Shown: positions 9,530 through 18,198, counted from the stretch's first letter. The stretch is DNA of 49,227 nt from an uncultured bacterium (GCA_964400565.1 CAYNUP010000158.1:1-49227), one strand, 5' to 3'. A program made the numbers and translations. The notes: generated by a model from the letters alone, not told the origin.

Positions 9530-10038
9530 TTTTTTACTATAACAACTTCATCTATTTTATCTATTTCTTTTAATCTTACCTCAACCATCTCATCCTCTTC
9601 AATATCAACTTTTTTCCCATAAAAGTCAGCAGAAATTGGAAGTTCTCTATGACCCCTATCAACAAAAACAAAAAGTTTAACAAATTTAGGTCTTCCAAGG
9701 TCAATTAAGGCATCAAGTGCTGCCCTTACTGTCCTTCCTGTATATAAAACATCATCTATTAAAATAACATTTTTATCATCAATATCAAATAAAATTTCAG
9801 TTGTTCCAACTCTTGGATTTGCTCCAATTTTACTGAAATCATCTCTATATAAAGTTATATCAAGATATCCGACAGGAATATCCTCTAAAAGCAATTTTTT
9901 AACCCTATCTGCAAGAATTGCTCCTCTCCTTTTTATTCCCACAATTACAGTGTTTTTAAGTCCAATTTCTTTAATTTTTTCAGCAATCTGATTTAAAATC
10001 TCCTCCATTTGGTCCTTATTCATAATTTTTCTTTCCAT
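9502..10038 (-). CDS. pyrR: bifunctional pyr operon regulator / uracil phosphoribosyltransferase PyrR
   Basis: ORF track 9502..10104 starts at a GTG. I prefer ATG at 10038 (or 10023), which gives the usual ~175-aa PyrR. Motifs: VIVGIKRRG and the PRPP loop VILIDDVLYTGRT. Confidence 0.85.
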   Translation of the reverse strand: MERKIMNKDQMEEILNQIAEKIKEIGLKNTVIVGIKRRGAILADRVKKLLLEDIPVGYLDITLYRDDFSKIGANPRVGTTEILFDIDDKNVILIDDVLYTGRTVRAALDALIDLGRPKFVKLFVFVDRGHRELPISADFYGKKVDIEEDEMVEVRLKEIDKIDEVVIVKKWSGKEKTL

Positions 10039-10113
10039 ATTTTTTATATTATCATTAAAACAAAATTCAGTAAAACTCCCCTTCTGTAAACTTTGGAGGT
10101 TCACAACATAAGA

Positions 10114-11505
10114 TTAACAGGACTTTTTCCATCTTGTGCCATAAGGTGTGTCTTCAAGAATAATCCCTTTTTCTTTAAGTAAATTTCTTATATTATCAGC
10201 AGTTTTAAAATCCTTTCTCTTTCTTGCTTCTTCTCTCTTTTTTATCAAATCTAAAATTTCATCAGGAAGTGTTTCTTCTTTCCTTTCAAGAATACATAAA
10301 ACACTATCAATATCTTCCAGAAATTCTTTTACTTCCTTAACATTATCTTTTCCAAATTCTCCTTTTGAGAAAAAAATATTGACTTTTTTTATTAAATTGA
10401 AAACACTGGATAAAGAGGCAGAAATATTTAAATCATCATCAAGTGCTTCTATAAACCTATTTTTTGCTTTTTCTATCTCTTCTTTAATCTCTGGATTATA
10501 TTTTTCAGAAGCACATATATTAAGCCCTTGATAGAACTCATTGTAATTTTTAACTGTATTTTCTGCCTGTTTTAAGGATACTTCAGTAAAATTTAAAGGG
10601 TCTCTATAATGTGTTGATAAAAGTAAATATCTTATTGCAACTGGATTATACCCTTTATTTAAAAGGTCTCTTAAAGTATAAAAATTCCCCTTTGATTTTG
10701 ACATTTTTTCTCCATTTACAAGCAGGTGAGCACAATGAAGCCAGTAATTAACAAATTTTTTACCTGTTGCTGCCTCACTCTGTGCTATTTCATTTTCATG
10801 ATGAGGAAAAATATTATCAACTCCTCCTGTGTGAATATCAAATGTCTCTCCAAGATATTTCATACTCATTGCAGAACATTCTATATGCCAGCCAGGTCTT
10901 CCCTTGCCTATTTCTGTTTCCCACCATACACTTTCTTGTTCTTTCCATGCTTTCCATAAAACAAAATCTCTTACATCCTCCTTCTCATACTCATCTGTAT
11001 CAACCCTTGCACCTATTTTAATCTGACTTAAATCTATTCCTGAAAGTTTTCCATATGATGGGAATTTTGATATGCTGAAATATATTGAATTATCTTTGTA
11101 ATAAGCATATCCCTTTTCAAGAAGTTTTTTTATCAATTCTACCATTTCATCTATATGTTCTGTTGCCCTTGGTAAATAATCTGGTTTTTTCAATCTAAAT
11201 GTTTCCATATCCTCAATAAAAATTTTTATGTATCTATCAGTATATTCTCTTAAACTTATTCCCTCCTTCTTTGCTCCATTTATTGTTTTATCATCAACAT
11301 CTGTAATGTTCATAACCCGTATGACTTTATAATTTCTATATTCAAGGTATCTATGGAGTAAATCTTCAAAAACATAAGCACGGAAATTACCTATATGGGC
11401 AAGGTCATAAACAGTAGGCCCACAGGTATATAACCTAACTATTTTATCCTCTATCGGCACAAATTCTTCCTTCTTCTTTGTTAAAGTATTATAAAATTTA
11501 ACCAT
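10114..11505 (-). CDS. cysS: cysteine--tRNA ligase
   Basis: CGPTVYDLAHIGNFR (HIGH-type motif), KMSKSKGN (KMSKS), and the zinc-site context CSAMS. Length is 463 aa. Confidence 0.95.
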   Translation of the reverse strand: MVKFYNTLTKKKEEFVPIEDKIVRLYTCGPTVYDLAHIGNFRAYVFEDLLHRYLEYRNYKVIRVMNITDVDDKTINGAKKEGISLREYTDRYIKIFIEDMETFRLKKPDYLPRATEHIDEMVELIKKLLEKGYAYYKDNSIYFSISKFPSYGKLSGIDLSQIKIGARVDTDEYEKEDVRDFVLWKAWKEQESVWWETEIGKGRPGWHIECSAMSMKYLGETFDIHTGGVDNIFPHHENEIAQSEAATGKKFVNYWLHCAHLLVNGEKMSKSKGNFYTLRDLLNKGYNPVAIRYLLLSTHYRDPLNFTEVSLKQAENTVKNYNEFYQGLNICASEKYNPEIKEEIEKAKNRFIEALDDDLNISASLSSVFNLIKKVNIFFSKGEFGKDNVKEVKEFLEDIDSVLCILERKEETLPDEILDLIKKREEARKRKDFKTADNIRNLLKEKGIILEDTPYGTRWKKSC

Positions 11506-11719
11506 TTATTTTTTTGTATTCCTTTCTATACTTTTAGTTATTGAGCCATAATGCACTTACTTTTTTTAATAGTTTATAAGATGCATTTCCCAACTCTTTT
11601 ACTTTAGATTTAAAGATATTTTAACATAAAAAAGTTTTTGTTTCATTTTTTTAGAATTTCTAAAAATTAAATTTTACCAAAAATTTTAGGTATTATATAA
11701 TGAATAAAACGGAGGTAAT

Positions 11720-12883
11720 ATGAGTGGAAAAGAAAGAGTCCTTAATGCGTTTAATCATAAAGAAAGTGACTATGTTCCTGTTTCTGATCAGTTAATTGTT
11801 TCAAAAGTTGCTTCTGAAATTCTTGGAAGATATGCTTATACAGGTGGAGGAGAATTTGCAAAGGATAGAATTGAATTATTATATAAAGGAGAAAGAGATT
11901 TTCTTGTTGAAAGATATGTTGAAGATACTGTTGAAGTTTATGAAAAACTTGGGTTAGATTTTATTCCTGTAGAACTTGTTCCATCAAAAAATTATTCAAA
12001 AGATGGTCTTCCTAAAAAAATTGGAGAATATACTTATCTATATGAAAATAAAGAAACAAAAAATTACTTAATATATAAATTTAATCCTTCATCAGGTGAA
12101 TTCTTCCGTGTTTCTTCTTCATATGATAAAGATGGTCTTGAGGCACTTAAAAGAGAGATTAAATGGTTGGAAAAGAAAATGGAAGAAGAAATTAAATTTG
12201 ATGATAAAAGTGTATTTGAGGGATGGGATAGAATTGTGGAAAAAGTTGGCAACAAAATGGCAATTGCTTTTTCTGCAGTTCTTGCAATACCACTAATCCC
12301 AATCTATCTTGAAGCCATTATTTTAGAACCAGAGTGGATTGAAATTTATCTTGATTTTCAAACAAAATGGCAGATTGAATTTATAAAAGAAGGGAAAAAA
12401 CATGGTGCTGATTTTATTCTTGGAGGAGGAGACCTTGCTGATAAAAATGGACCAATTTATAGCCCTAAAATTTTTGAAAAATTCCTTATGCCAAGATATA
12501 AAAGAATCGTTGATGTGTGTCATTCTCTGGGGTTATTTTATGTTTTTAGAAGCGATGGAAATACAAGACCATTATGGGATATATGGTTTTCCGAAATTGG
12601 ATTTGATGGTTATGGAGAAATTGATAAATCCGCTGGTATTGAATTAAAAGAATTAAAAGAAAAATATGGAGATATAATTACACTTCTTGGAAATGTTGAT
12701 TGTGCAAAAACCCTTGTATATGGTAGTAAAGAAGATATTTATGAGGAGGTTAAAAAATGCATAAATGATGCTGCAAAAGGTGGAGGATATATTTTAACAT
12801 CTTCAAATTCAATTCACTATAATGTTCCTGCAAAAAATCTTATATATATGATTGAAGCATCAAGAAAATTTGGAAAGTATTAA
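11720..12883 (+). CDS. uroporphyrinogen decarboxylase (URO-D) family protein, MtaA/CmuA-like
   Basis: ERVLNAFNHKESDYVPV N-terminus and 387-aa length are typical of non-HemE URO-D family members. GGAGGT lies 5 nt upstream of the ATG. Confidence 0.65.
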   Translation: MSGKERVLNAFNHKESDYVPVSDQLIVSKVASEILGRYAYTGGGEFAKDRIELLYKGERDFLVERYVEDTVEVYEKLGLDFIPVELVPSKNYSKDGLPKKIGEYTYLYENKETKNYLIYKFNPSSGEFFRVSSSYDKDGLEALKREIKWLEKKMEEEIKFDDKSVFEGWDRIVEKVGNKMAIAFSAVLAIPLIPIYLEAIILEPEWIEIYLDFQTKWQIEFIKEGKKHGADFILGGGDLADKNGPIYSPKIFEKFLMPRYKRIVDVCHSLGLFYVFRSDGNTRPLWDIWFSEIGFDGYGEIDKSAGIELKELKEKYGDIITLLGNVDCAKTLVYGSKEDIYEEVKKCINDAAKGGGYILTSSNSIHYNVPAKNLIYMIEASRKFGKY

Positions 12884-12893
12884 ATTTTTAAAA

Positions 12894-13694
12894 TTAAAAT
12901 CTTTTTTGTAAGTTTTTCAAAACATAAGAAGGAAGACCAAATACATTAATTTTTTTTGTAAAAGGATTCTTATAAACAAGAACTTTTGTATTATAAACTT
13001 CTTCTATATTCTGGTATGTTAAAACTTCTTCAACTTTCCCACTTTTATAAATTTCTCCATTTTTAAATAAAATTATTTTTGAACAATAACAGGCAGCAAT
13101 ATTTAAATCGTGAAAAACTCCTATTACAGTTATTCCTTTTTCATTGAGTTCCTTTAAAATATCCATAATACCAAATTGATATCCAATATCAAGATGACTT
13201 GTTGGTTCATCAAGTAAAATTGTTTCAGGATTTTGAATAATAACTTGAGCAATATAAATTCTCTGTTTTTCTCCTTCTGAAAGTTGGTTTAAATTTTTAG
13301 CAAGAAAATTCTCAACATTTAAAGTTTTACTTACCTGATTTAAAATTTCTCTTTTTTCTTTACCAAATCTCCCTGAAAATGGGTATCTTCCAAGAAGTAA
13401 AAAATCACACACTTTAATATCAAAAGTTAATTTAATTTCTGATGGTAAGTATGCTACCTCTTTTGAATATTCAATATTTTTTATTTTTTCTAATTTTTCA
13501 CCTTTATAAAATACATATCCTTCATCTGGAATTAAAATATTTGCCAGAATTTTCAAAAATGTAGTTTTTCCACTTCCATTTGGTCCGACAATTCCAACAA
13601 ACTCACCTTTAAAAATATCAACATTTAAATTCTTTAAAACCTTATTTTTCCCATAACTGAAACTTAAATTTTTAATCTCATAAATCTTTACCAT
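12894..13694 (-). CDS. btuD: ABC transporter ATP-binding protein, iron-chelate/cobalamin (FecE/BtuD) type
   Basis: Walker A GPNGSGKTT, signature LSEGEKQR, Walker B ILLDEPTSHLD. It is the last gene of the riboswitch-headed operon. Confidence 0.8.
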   Translation of the reverse strand: MVKIYEIKNLSFSYGKNKVLKNLNVDIFKGEFVGIVGPNGSGKTTFLKILANILIPDEGYVFYKGEKLEKIKNIEYSKEVAYLPSEIKLTFDIKVCDFLLLGRYPFSGRFGKEKREILNQVSKTLNVENFLAKNLNQLSEGEKQRIYIAQVIIQNPETILLDEPTSHLDIGYQFGIMDILKELNEKGITVIGVFHDLNIAACYCSKIILFKNGEIYKSGKVEEVLTYQNIEEVYNTKVLVYKNPFTKKINVFGLPSYVLKNLQKRF

Positions 13695-14638
13695 ATTTTT
13701 TCTGCCTTTATAAGCAAGAATAAAAAGAAAATACCACCAAAAAATCCAGTTATAACTCCAACAGGAATCTCTATTGGCCTTATTATAGTTCTTGAAATAG
13801 TATCACATATAATAAGAAAAGCTCCTCCTATTATAAAAGAAAAAGGGATAATTTTCCTATGAAGTGAACCAAAAATAATCCTTACAATATGTGGAATTAT
13901 AAGTCCAACAAATCCAATAATTCCAGAAAGAGAAACACATAGGGAAGTAATAAAACATGCGATAAAATAAGATATATTTTTTTCAAAATTTACATTTATT
14001 CCAAGTGTTTTTGCCTTCTCTTCGTCAATACTTATAATATCATAAACTCTACCAGATAAAGTTAAAAAAACAGAAAAAATAAATATTAAAACTCCAGAAT
14101 AAACTAAAATTTTTTCAGAAAAAGAAGAAAGGTCTCCAAAAAGGAACAAAACTGTTGAATAAAATTTTTCATATCTTATAGATGAGATAAGAAAAAGAAC
14201 AAAAGATGAAAATATGAAATTTAAGGATATCCCTGCAAGAATAATAGAAGAAGTTGAAAGTTTTTTTATTGTTGAAATTGAAAGGATAAGAAAAAGTGGG
14301 ATAATTGCACCAATAAAACCAAAAAGAGGAATTGAATTTATTCTCCCAACTATTATTCCTATAGTTATTCCCAAAGAAGCACCTCCTGAAATTCCAAGTG
14401 TATAACTTTCAGCAAGAGGATTTTTCAGAACTGCCTGCAAAACACATCCTGAAATTGAAAGTCCTGCTCCAACTATGAAAGCACAGATTACTCTTGGAAT
14501 CCTTATTTTTAAAAGTATGTTTTTTTCAATTTCAGAAAGATTAAAAATTTCTTTAAAGGTATAAATTCTTGAACCAAAAAATATCCCAAAATAAATTGCA
14601 AATATAAAAAACAAAATCAAAAAAATAATTTTTCTCAA
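13688..14638 (-). CDS. btuC: FecCD-family ABC permease (BtuC-like corrinoid/iron-chelate permease)
   Basis: LKIRIPRVICAFIVGAGLSISG and LGISGGASLG are FecCD/BtuC signatures. The apparent start is TTG overlapping the cobO stop (TTGA); there is no in-frame ATG nearby. Confidence 0.8.
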   Translation of the reverse strand: MRKIIFLILFFIFAIYFGIFFGSRIYTFKEIFNLSEIEKNILLKIRIPRVICAFIVGAGLSISGCVLQAVLKNPLAESYTLGISGGASLGITIGIIVGRINSIPLFGFIGAIIPLFLILSISTIKKLSTSSIILAGISLNFIFSSFVLFLISSIRYEKFYSTVLFLFGDLSSFSEKILVYSGVLIFIFSVFLTLSGRVYDIISIDEEKAKTLGINVNFEKNISYFIACFITSLCVSLSGIIGFVGLIIPHIVRIIFGSLHRKIIPFSFIIGGAFLIICDTISRTIIRPIEIPVGVITGFFGGIFFLFLLIKAEKIW

Positions 14639-15159
14639 TATTCAATCCCTTTTCTTGCTTTTATTCCTTTATCGTATGGATGTTTTATTTTTTTAATTTC
14701 ACTTACAAGGTCTGCTTTTTCAATTATCTTTTCAGTTATTGTGCGACCTGTTAATATCAATTCCACATTTTCCGGTTTTTCTTCCATGATTTCTATTATT
14801 TCCTCTTCTTTCAAAAAACCATCCCTTAAAGAAATTAAAATCTCATCGCAGACAACAATATCATAATTTTTCTCTTTATAAATTTTCTTTATAAATTCTA
14901 TCCCTTTTAAACATTCTTCCCTCAATTTCTCTTTTTCTACTTTATCAAAATGTGGATGCTCTTTTGCAAAACCAAATATATCAACTCCTATTTTTTCTAA
15001 AATTTTAAATTCACCATATCCCCATTTATCTGGATTTTTATGGAAATAGATATAACAGACCTTTAAATTGTGACCTCTTGCTCTACAGACAAGTCCAATA
15101 ACTGCACTTGTCTTTCCTTTCCCATCTCCTGTATAGACCTCAATCAATCCTTTTTCCAT
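14635..15159 (-). CDS. cobO: cob(I)yrinic acid a,c-diamide / cob(I)alamin adenosyltransferase (CobO/BtuR type)
   Basis: GLIEVYTGDGKGKTSAVIGL P-loop and a 174-aa length are typical of CobA/CobO/BtuR. Confidence 0.85.
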   Translation of the reverse strand: MEKGLIEVYTGDGKGKTSAVIGLVCRARGHNLKVCYIYFHKNPDKWGYGEFKILEKIGVDIFGFAKEHPHFDKVEKEKLREECLKGIEFIKKIYKEKNYDIVVCDEILISLRDGFLKEEEIIEIMEEKPENVELILTGRTITEKIIEKADLVSEIKKIKHPYDKGIKARKGIEY

Positions 15160-15231
15160 TTCCTTTATTTTATAATTTATTTCCCCATTTTACCACTTGA
15201 CCAATTGCTCAAATGGTAAAATGTAAAAACC

Positions 15232-16047
15232 TTATTTGTGAAAGAAATGAAAAATCCTGTAAAGTTCTTCAACGACTTCTAAAAATGTCAAAGGCGTTGG
15301 ACTGCATATTTTATTACTATCAATTACAAAAATTTTATCATTTTTCACAGCATCTATCATTTTATATTTCTGCCATGTCTTTTTTTCCTCTTCTGTGTCT
15401 ATTCCCATTGATGTTATTATAATTATTTCTGGATTTTTCTTTATAATTTCTTCAATACTATAAATTCCTCCTTCTCCTTTAATTATATTTTTACCCCCTG
15501 AAAATTTTACCATCTCACCTATAAAAGAATCTTGGCCTGCAACCCATAAAGGTCTTGTTCCAACTTGAATTAAAACTTTTGGTTTTCTTTTATTTTCTGT
15601 TTTTCTTCTGATTTTATCAATTTCTATTTTTACTTTTTTTATTATCTCTTCTGCCTTCTCTTTCCTGCCAATAATTTCGCCTATATTTATAAACTGCTCA
15701 CACAACTGGTTAAAATTTTTTGGATATGAAAAAATTTCAACTTTTATACCCAAATCTTTCAATTTTTTAATATCTTTTGGATTTGTTAGATTTGTAGCAA
15801 ATACAATATCTGGTCTTAGAGAATAAATTTTTTCAATATTCACATTTATTACATCTCCCACCTTTTCTTTATATTTTGCTTGGTCTGGTGTTATACAGTA
15901 TATTGTATTTCCAACAATTTTATCTCCTTCGCCAAGAATGAAAATATTTTCTGTTATTGCAGGTCCAAGAGAAACAATTCTTTCAGGTACATTTTCTGAA
16001 TATAATCTAATTATGAAAATACTTATTAAAAATATTATCTTTTTCAT
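15232..16047 (-). CDS. btuF: periplasmic substrate-binding protein, class 8 (BtuF-like, corrinoid/iron-chelate)
   Basis: Signal peptide MKKIIFLISIFII, then ERIVSLGPAITENIFILG and PDIVFAT motifs of the PBP cluster A-2 (BtuF/FhuD) family. The ATG lies 2 nt after the stop of the upstream pseudopilin gene. Confidence 0.8.
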   Translation of the reverse strand: MKKIIFLISIFIIRLYSENVPERIVSLGPAITENIFILGEGDKIVGNTIYCITPDQAKYKEKVGDVINVNIEKIYSLRPDIVFATNLTNPKDIKKLKDLGIKVEIFSYPKNFNQLCEQFINIGEIIGRKEKAEEIIKKVKIEIDKIRRKTENKRKPKVLIQVGTRPLWVAGQDSFIGEMVKFSGGKNIIKGEGGIYSIEEIIKKNPEIIIITSMGIDTEEEKKTWQKYKMIDAVKNDKIFVIDSNKICSPTPLTFLEVVEELYRIFHFFHK

Positions 16048-16049
16048 TT

Positions 16050-16769
16050 TTATTCCAGATCATATAAACTATTGTCAGTTGATAAATCTCCAAGTGAAGA
16101 ATTTTTATTACTTACATTATATTTTGTTTTTAATCCTTCAACATGCCCATCACAGAAAGCAACATTTGCAATTCCATTATGCCTGAAATGAACATTAGGG
16201 CCTATCCATGAATAATAAGGGTCATTAGGTGCTCTTAAATAATTGTTTCCTATTACTTCATTTGTAAAAGAGGACCATGATGCACTATCACATAATAAAA
16301 CGGTTTCTGATGGTTTTTTAATCCTTGAAAGTTTTGTTGGTGGAGTTGCCTGACCATCCCAAACAGAATATCCACCTCCAATATAAGAAGCATTATAAGC
16401 ATAACCTGTAAATGGTCTATCATATGATTTTATTATTTTTTTTGCAGTTGGACATTCAAATATACCTTTTGTTAAATAACTTCCAATAATTCCAGGTCTA
16501 TAAGTTGCCCACCAAGTATCTGTTGCAAAATCCCATCCAATTTCAGATGTATAGGTTAAATAATATGTTGGTGGAAAGTAATCATCATTGTCCTGAACAT
16601 ACATTAAAAAAGCCATTGATAATTGTTTTAGATTGTTTAAACAGGTTGCCTGTCTTGCCTTTTCTCTTGCTTTCGCAAGTGCTGGCATAAGCATCGCTGC
16701 AAGAATACCTATTATAGCCACAACAACAAGCAATTCTATAAGAGTAAATCCTTTTCTTTCTTTTCTCAT
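16050..16769 (-). CDS. prepilin-type N-terminal cleavage/methylation domain protein, DUF1559 (H-X9-DG) family
   Basis: Class III signal peptide MRKERKG|[20 protein letters not shown] with Glu at +5. [13 protein letters not shown] helix. C-terminal [12 protein letters not shown] is exactly H-X9-DG. RBS GGAGGAGC lies upstream. Confidence 0.85.
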   Translation of the reverse strand: MRKERKGFTLIELLVVVAIIGILAAMLMPALAKAREKARQATCLNNLKQLSMAFLMYVQDNDDYFPPTYYLTYTSEIGWDFATDTWWATYRPGIIGSYLTKGIFECPTAKKIIKSYDRPFTGYAYNASYIGGGYSVWDGQATPPTKLSRIKKPSETVLLCDSASWSSFTNEVIGNNYLRAPNDPYYSWIGPNVHFRHNGIANVAFCDGHVEGLKTKYNVSNKNSSLGDLSTDNSLYDLE

Positions 16770-16862
16770 TTTTGCTCCTCCTTTTTTAATTTTTTATTTA
16801 TATTTTTTAATTTAACTTACCCAGTAATTTAATTTTTGCTCATTTTATATCACCTCCTTTCA

Positions 16863-16894
16863 AATAAAAAAGCCCACCAACATTTTGGCGGGCT
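16863..16894 (-). terminator. intrinsic terminator forming the riboswitch expression platform
   Basis: The minus strand reads AGCCCGCCAA-AATG-TTGGTGGGCT followed by TTTTTATTT. This is a 10-bp stem whose G-U pair exists only on the minus-strand transcript. Confidence 0.8.
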
Positions 16895-16948
16895 GCACCC
16901 GATTTCTTCGCCATTTCTTTCTGCCCTCGCAGAAAGAAAACTCGCCAA

Positions 16949-17120
16949 CTTAGGGCAGGTCTTCTGACTCGGGCTTCGTCCTACTCGGCTACCTTCCCAT
17001 CCATTTAAGGACAGTGGCTTTTTGCCTTTCGTCTGCCCTTACAGCTCCGGGGGAGTGGCTGATCATCCACCTGTGGCGGACTACAGCACTTCCCTATTAA
17101 GCCATTTCTGGCACCCTAAG
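16949..17120 (-). promoter_or_regulatory. cobalamin (B12) riboswitch aptamer
   Basis: The minus strand reads CTTAGGGTGCCAGAAATGGCTTAATAGGGAAGTGCTG...CACTCCCCCGGAGCTGTAAGGGC...AAGCCACTGTCC...GGGAAGGTAGCC...CCCGAGTCAGAAGACCTGCCCTAAG. It has the conserved AATAGGGAA, CCCCCG..CTGTAAG, GCCACTG and GGGAAGG cores, the B12 box AGTCAGAAGACCTGCC, and a P1 of CTTAGGG/CCCTAAG. It is a GC-rich island in an AT-rich genome. Confidence 0.85.
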
Positions 17121-17135
17121 TTTTTATTATTTAAA

Positions 17136-17162
17136 TTTATATCAAATTTTCTATAAAGTCAA
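17136..17162 (-). promoter_or_regulatory. candidate sigma70 promoter of the riboswitch operon
   Basis: The minus strand reads TTGACT-N15-TATAAA with TG one base upstream of the -10 (TGATATAAAT, extended -10). It ends about 15 nt before the P1 stem. Confidence 0.45.
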
Positions 17163-17169
17163 AATTTTA

Positions 17170-17592
17170 TTACCACTTTGATAGAGAAAGTATATATTTT
17201 GCTATCTCATATGCTTTTTCATTATTATCTGAATAAAATATTACATTTGTTTTTTCTCCTTTTTCTCCTGATGTTGCATAAATATAATTTATATCAATCC
17301 CCTCTTCTTTAAATTTTTTTGCTATTTTAGATAAAGCACCTGGTCTGTTTTCAAGAGTTAGAACAACCACTTCTCTTTCCTCTACATAATAACCTTCTTT
17401 TTTAAAAATATCTTTAATTTTTTCATTATTGTTTGTTATTAAATAAAAAATCGCCTCTCCTCCTATTACAAAAGCACTTATGTCTTCAATATTAACTCCT
17501 TCTTTTGATATCTTCTCACTTACTTCAGAAAGAAGTCCTATCTTGTTTTCAGCAACAATTTTAATTTCCTTTAAAATCTTCACATTTTCCAT
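17170..17592 (-). CDS. ACT domain-containing protein (tandem ACT-like halves)
   Basis: 140 aa with two beta-alpha-beta-beta-alpha-beta-like halves, each starting with a hydrophobic strand plus G (VAENKIGLLSEV..., LTLENRPGALSKI...), as in small stand-alone ACT proteins. Confidence 0.55.
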   Translation of the reverse strand: MENVKILKEIKIVAENKIGLLSEVSEKISKEGVNIEDISAFVIGGEAIFYLITNNNEKIKDIFKKEGYYVEEREVVVLTLENRPGALSKIAKKFKEEGIDINYIYATSGEKGEKTNVIFYSDNNEKAYEIAKYILSLSKW

Positions 17593-17634
17593 TTCTATCC
17601 CTTTTTAATAATTATACCTTTTTAATCAATCCTT

Positions 17635-18198
17635 TTAAAATTTTATTTGAGGTGGTCTATAACTTTCTTTTTCTGCTTGAAAGTATTGTTTTTCTCTATC
17701 AAAACCAAAAATCCTTACAAATATAAATGCTGGAAAGGATTTTGCAATTCTATTATATTCCTCAACCGCAAGATTATATCTTCTTCTTTCAACACTTATT
17801 CTATTTTCTGTTCCTGCAAGTTCATCCTGAAGCGAAAGGAAATTCTGGCTTGCTTTAAGATTTGGATAATTTTCAACAACAAGCAAAAGACGACTTATAA
17901 CATTCTCAATTTCTCCTGCTGCTTTTTCTTTTTCACTAACTGTTTTTGCATCCTGCCACTTTGTCCTTGCTTCTGTTACAGATATAAATAATTCCTTTTC
18001 ATGTTTTGCATAACCTTTAACAATCTCAACAAGATTTGGGATTAGGTCATTCCTTCTTTGATAAACATTTTCAACTTGTGCCCATGCAGATTTAACCTTC
18101 TGGTCAATTGATACGAGACGATTATATTGAAACTTTATATAACCAAAAATAAGAACTACCAAAACTAAAATAATAAACAATTTCATATTTTTTCTCAT
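17635..18198 (-). CDS. lemA: LemA family protein
   Basis: One N-terminal TM helix, then YNRLV...WAQVENVYQRRNDLIPNLVE...GTENRISVERRRYN, the LemA signature. ORF track gives 17635..18210. I prefer ATG at 18198 because the first codons ATGGAGGAG form its Shine-Dalgarno. Confidence 0.85.
   Translation of the reverse strand: MRKNMKLFIILVLVVLIFGYIKFQYNRLVSIDQKVKSAWAQVENVYQRRNDLIPNLVEIVKGYAKHEKELFISVTEARTKWQDAKTVSEKEKAAGEIENVISRLLLVVENYPNLKASQNFLSLQDELAGTENRISVERRRYNLAVEEYNRIAKSFPAFIFVRIFGFDREKQYFQAEKESYRPPQIKF

Noticed and set aside
10076-10099. Possible PyrR-binding loop or attenuator upstream of pyrR. The minus strand reads CCTCC-AAAGTTTACAGAAGG-GGAG.
   Set aside because: It matches only about 6-7 of 10 positions of the ARUCCAGAGAGGYU consensus, and no terminator/antiterminator pair follows in the 75-nt spacer. 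The evidence is too weak to call.
11506-11719. Possible T-box leader upstream of cysS.
   Set aside because: The 214-nt spacer is uniformly AT-rich. It has no specifier or T-box-like GC-rich conserved core and no terminator hairpin. It more likely holds only divergent promoters; a TTTACC-N17-TATAAT candidate at 11673-11701 faces the URO-D-family gene.
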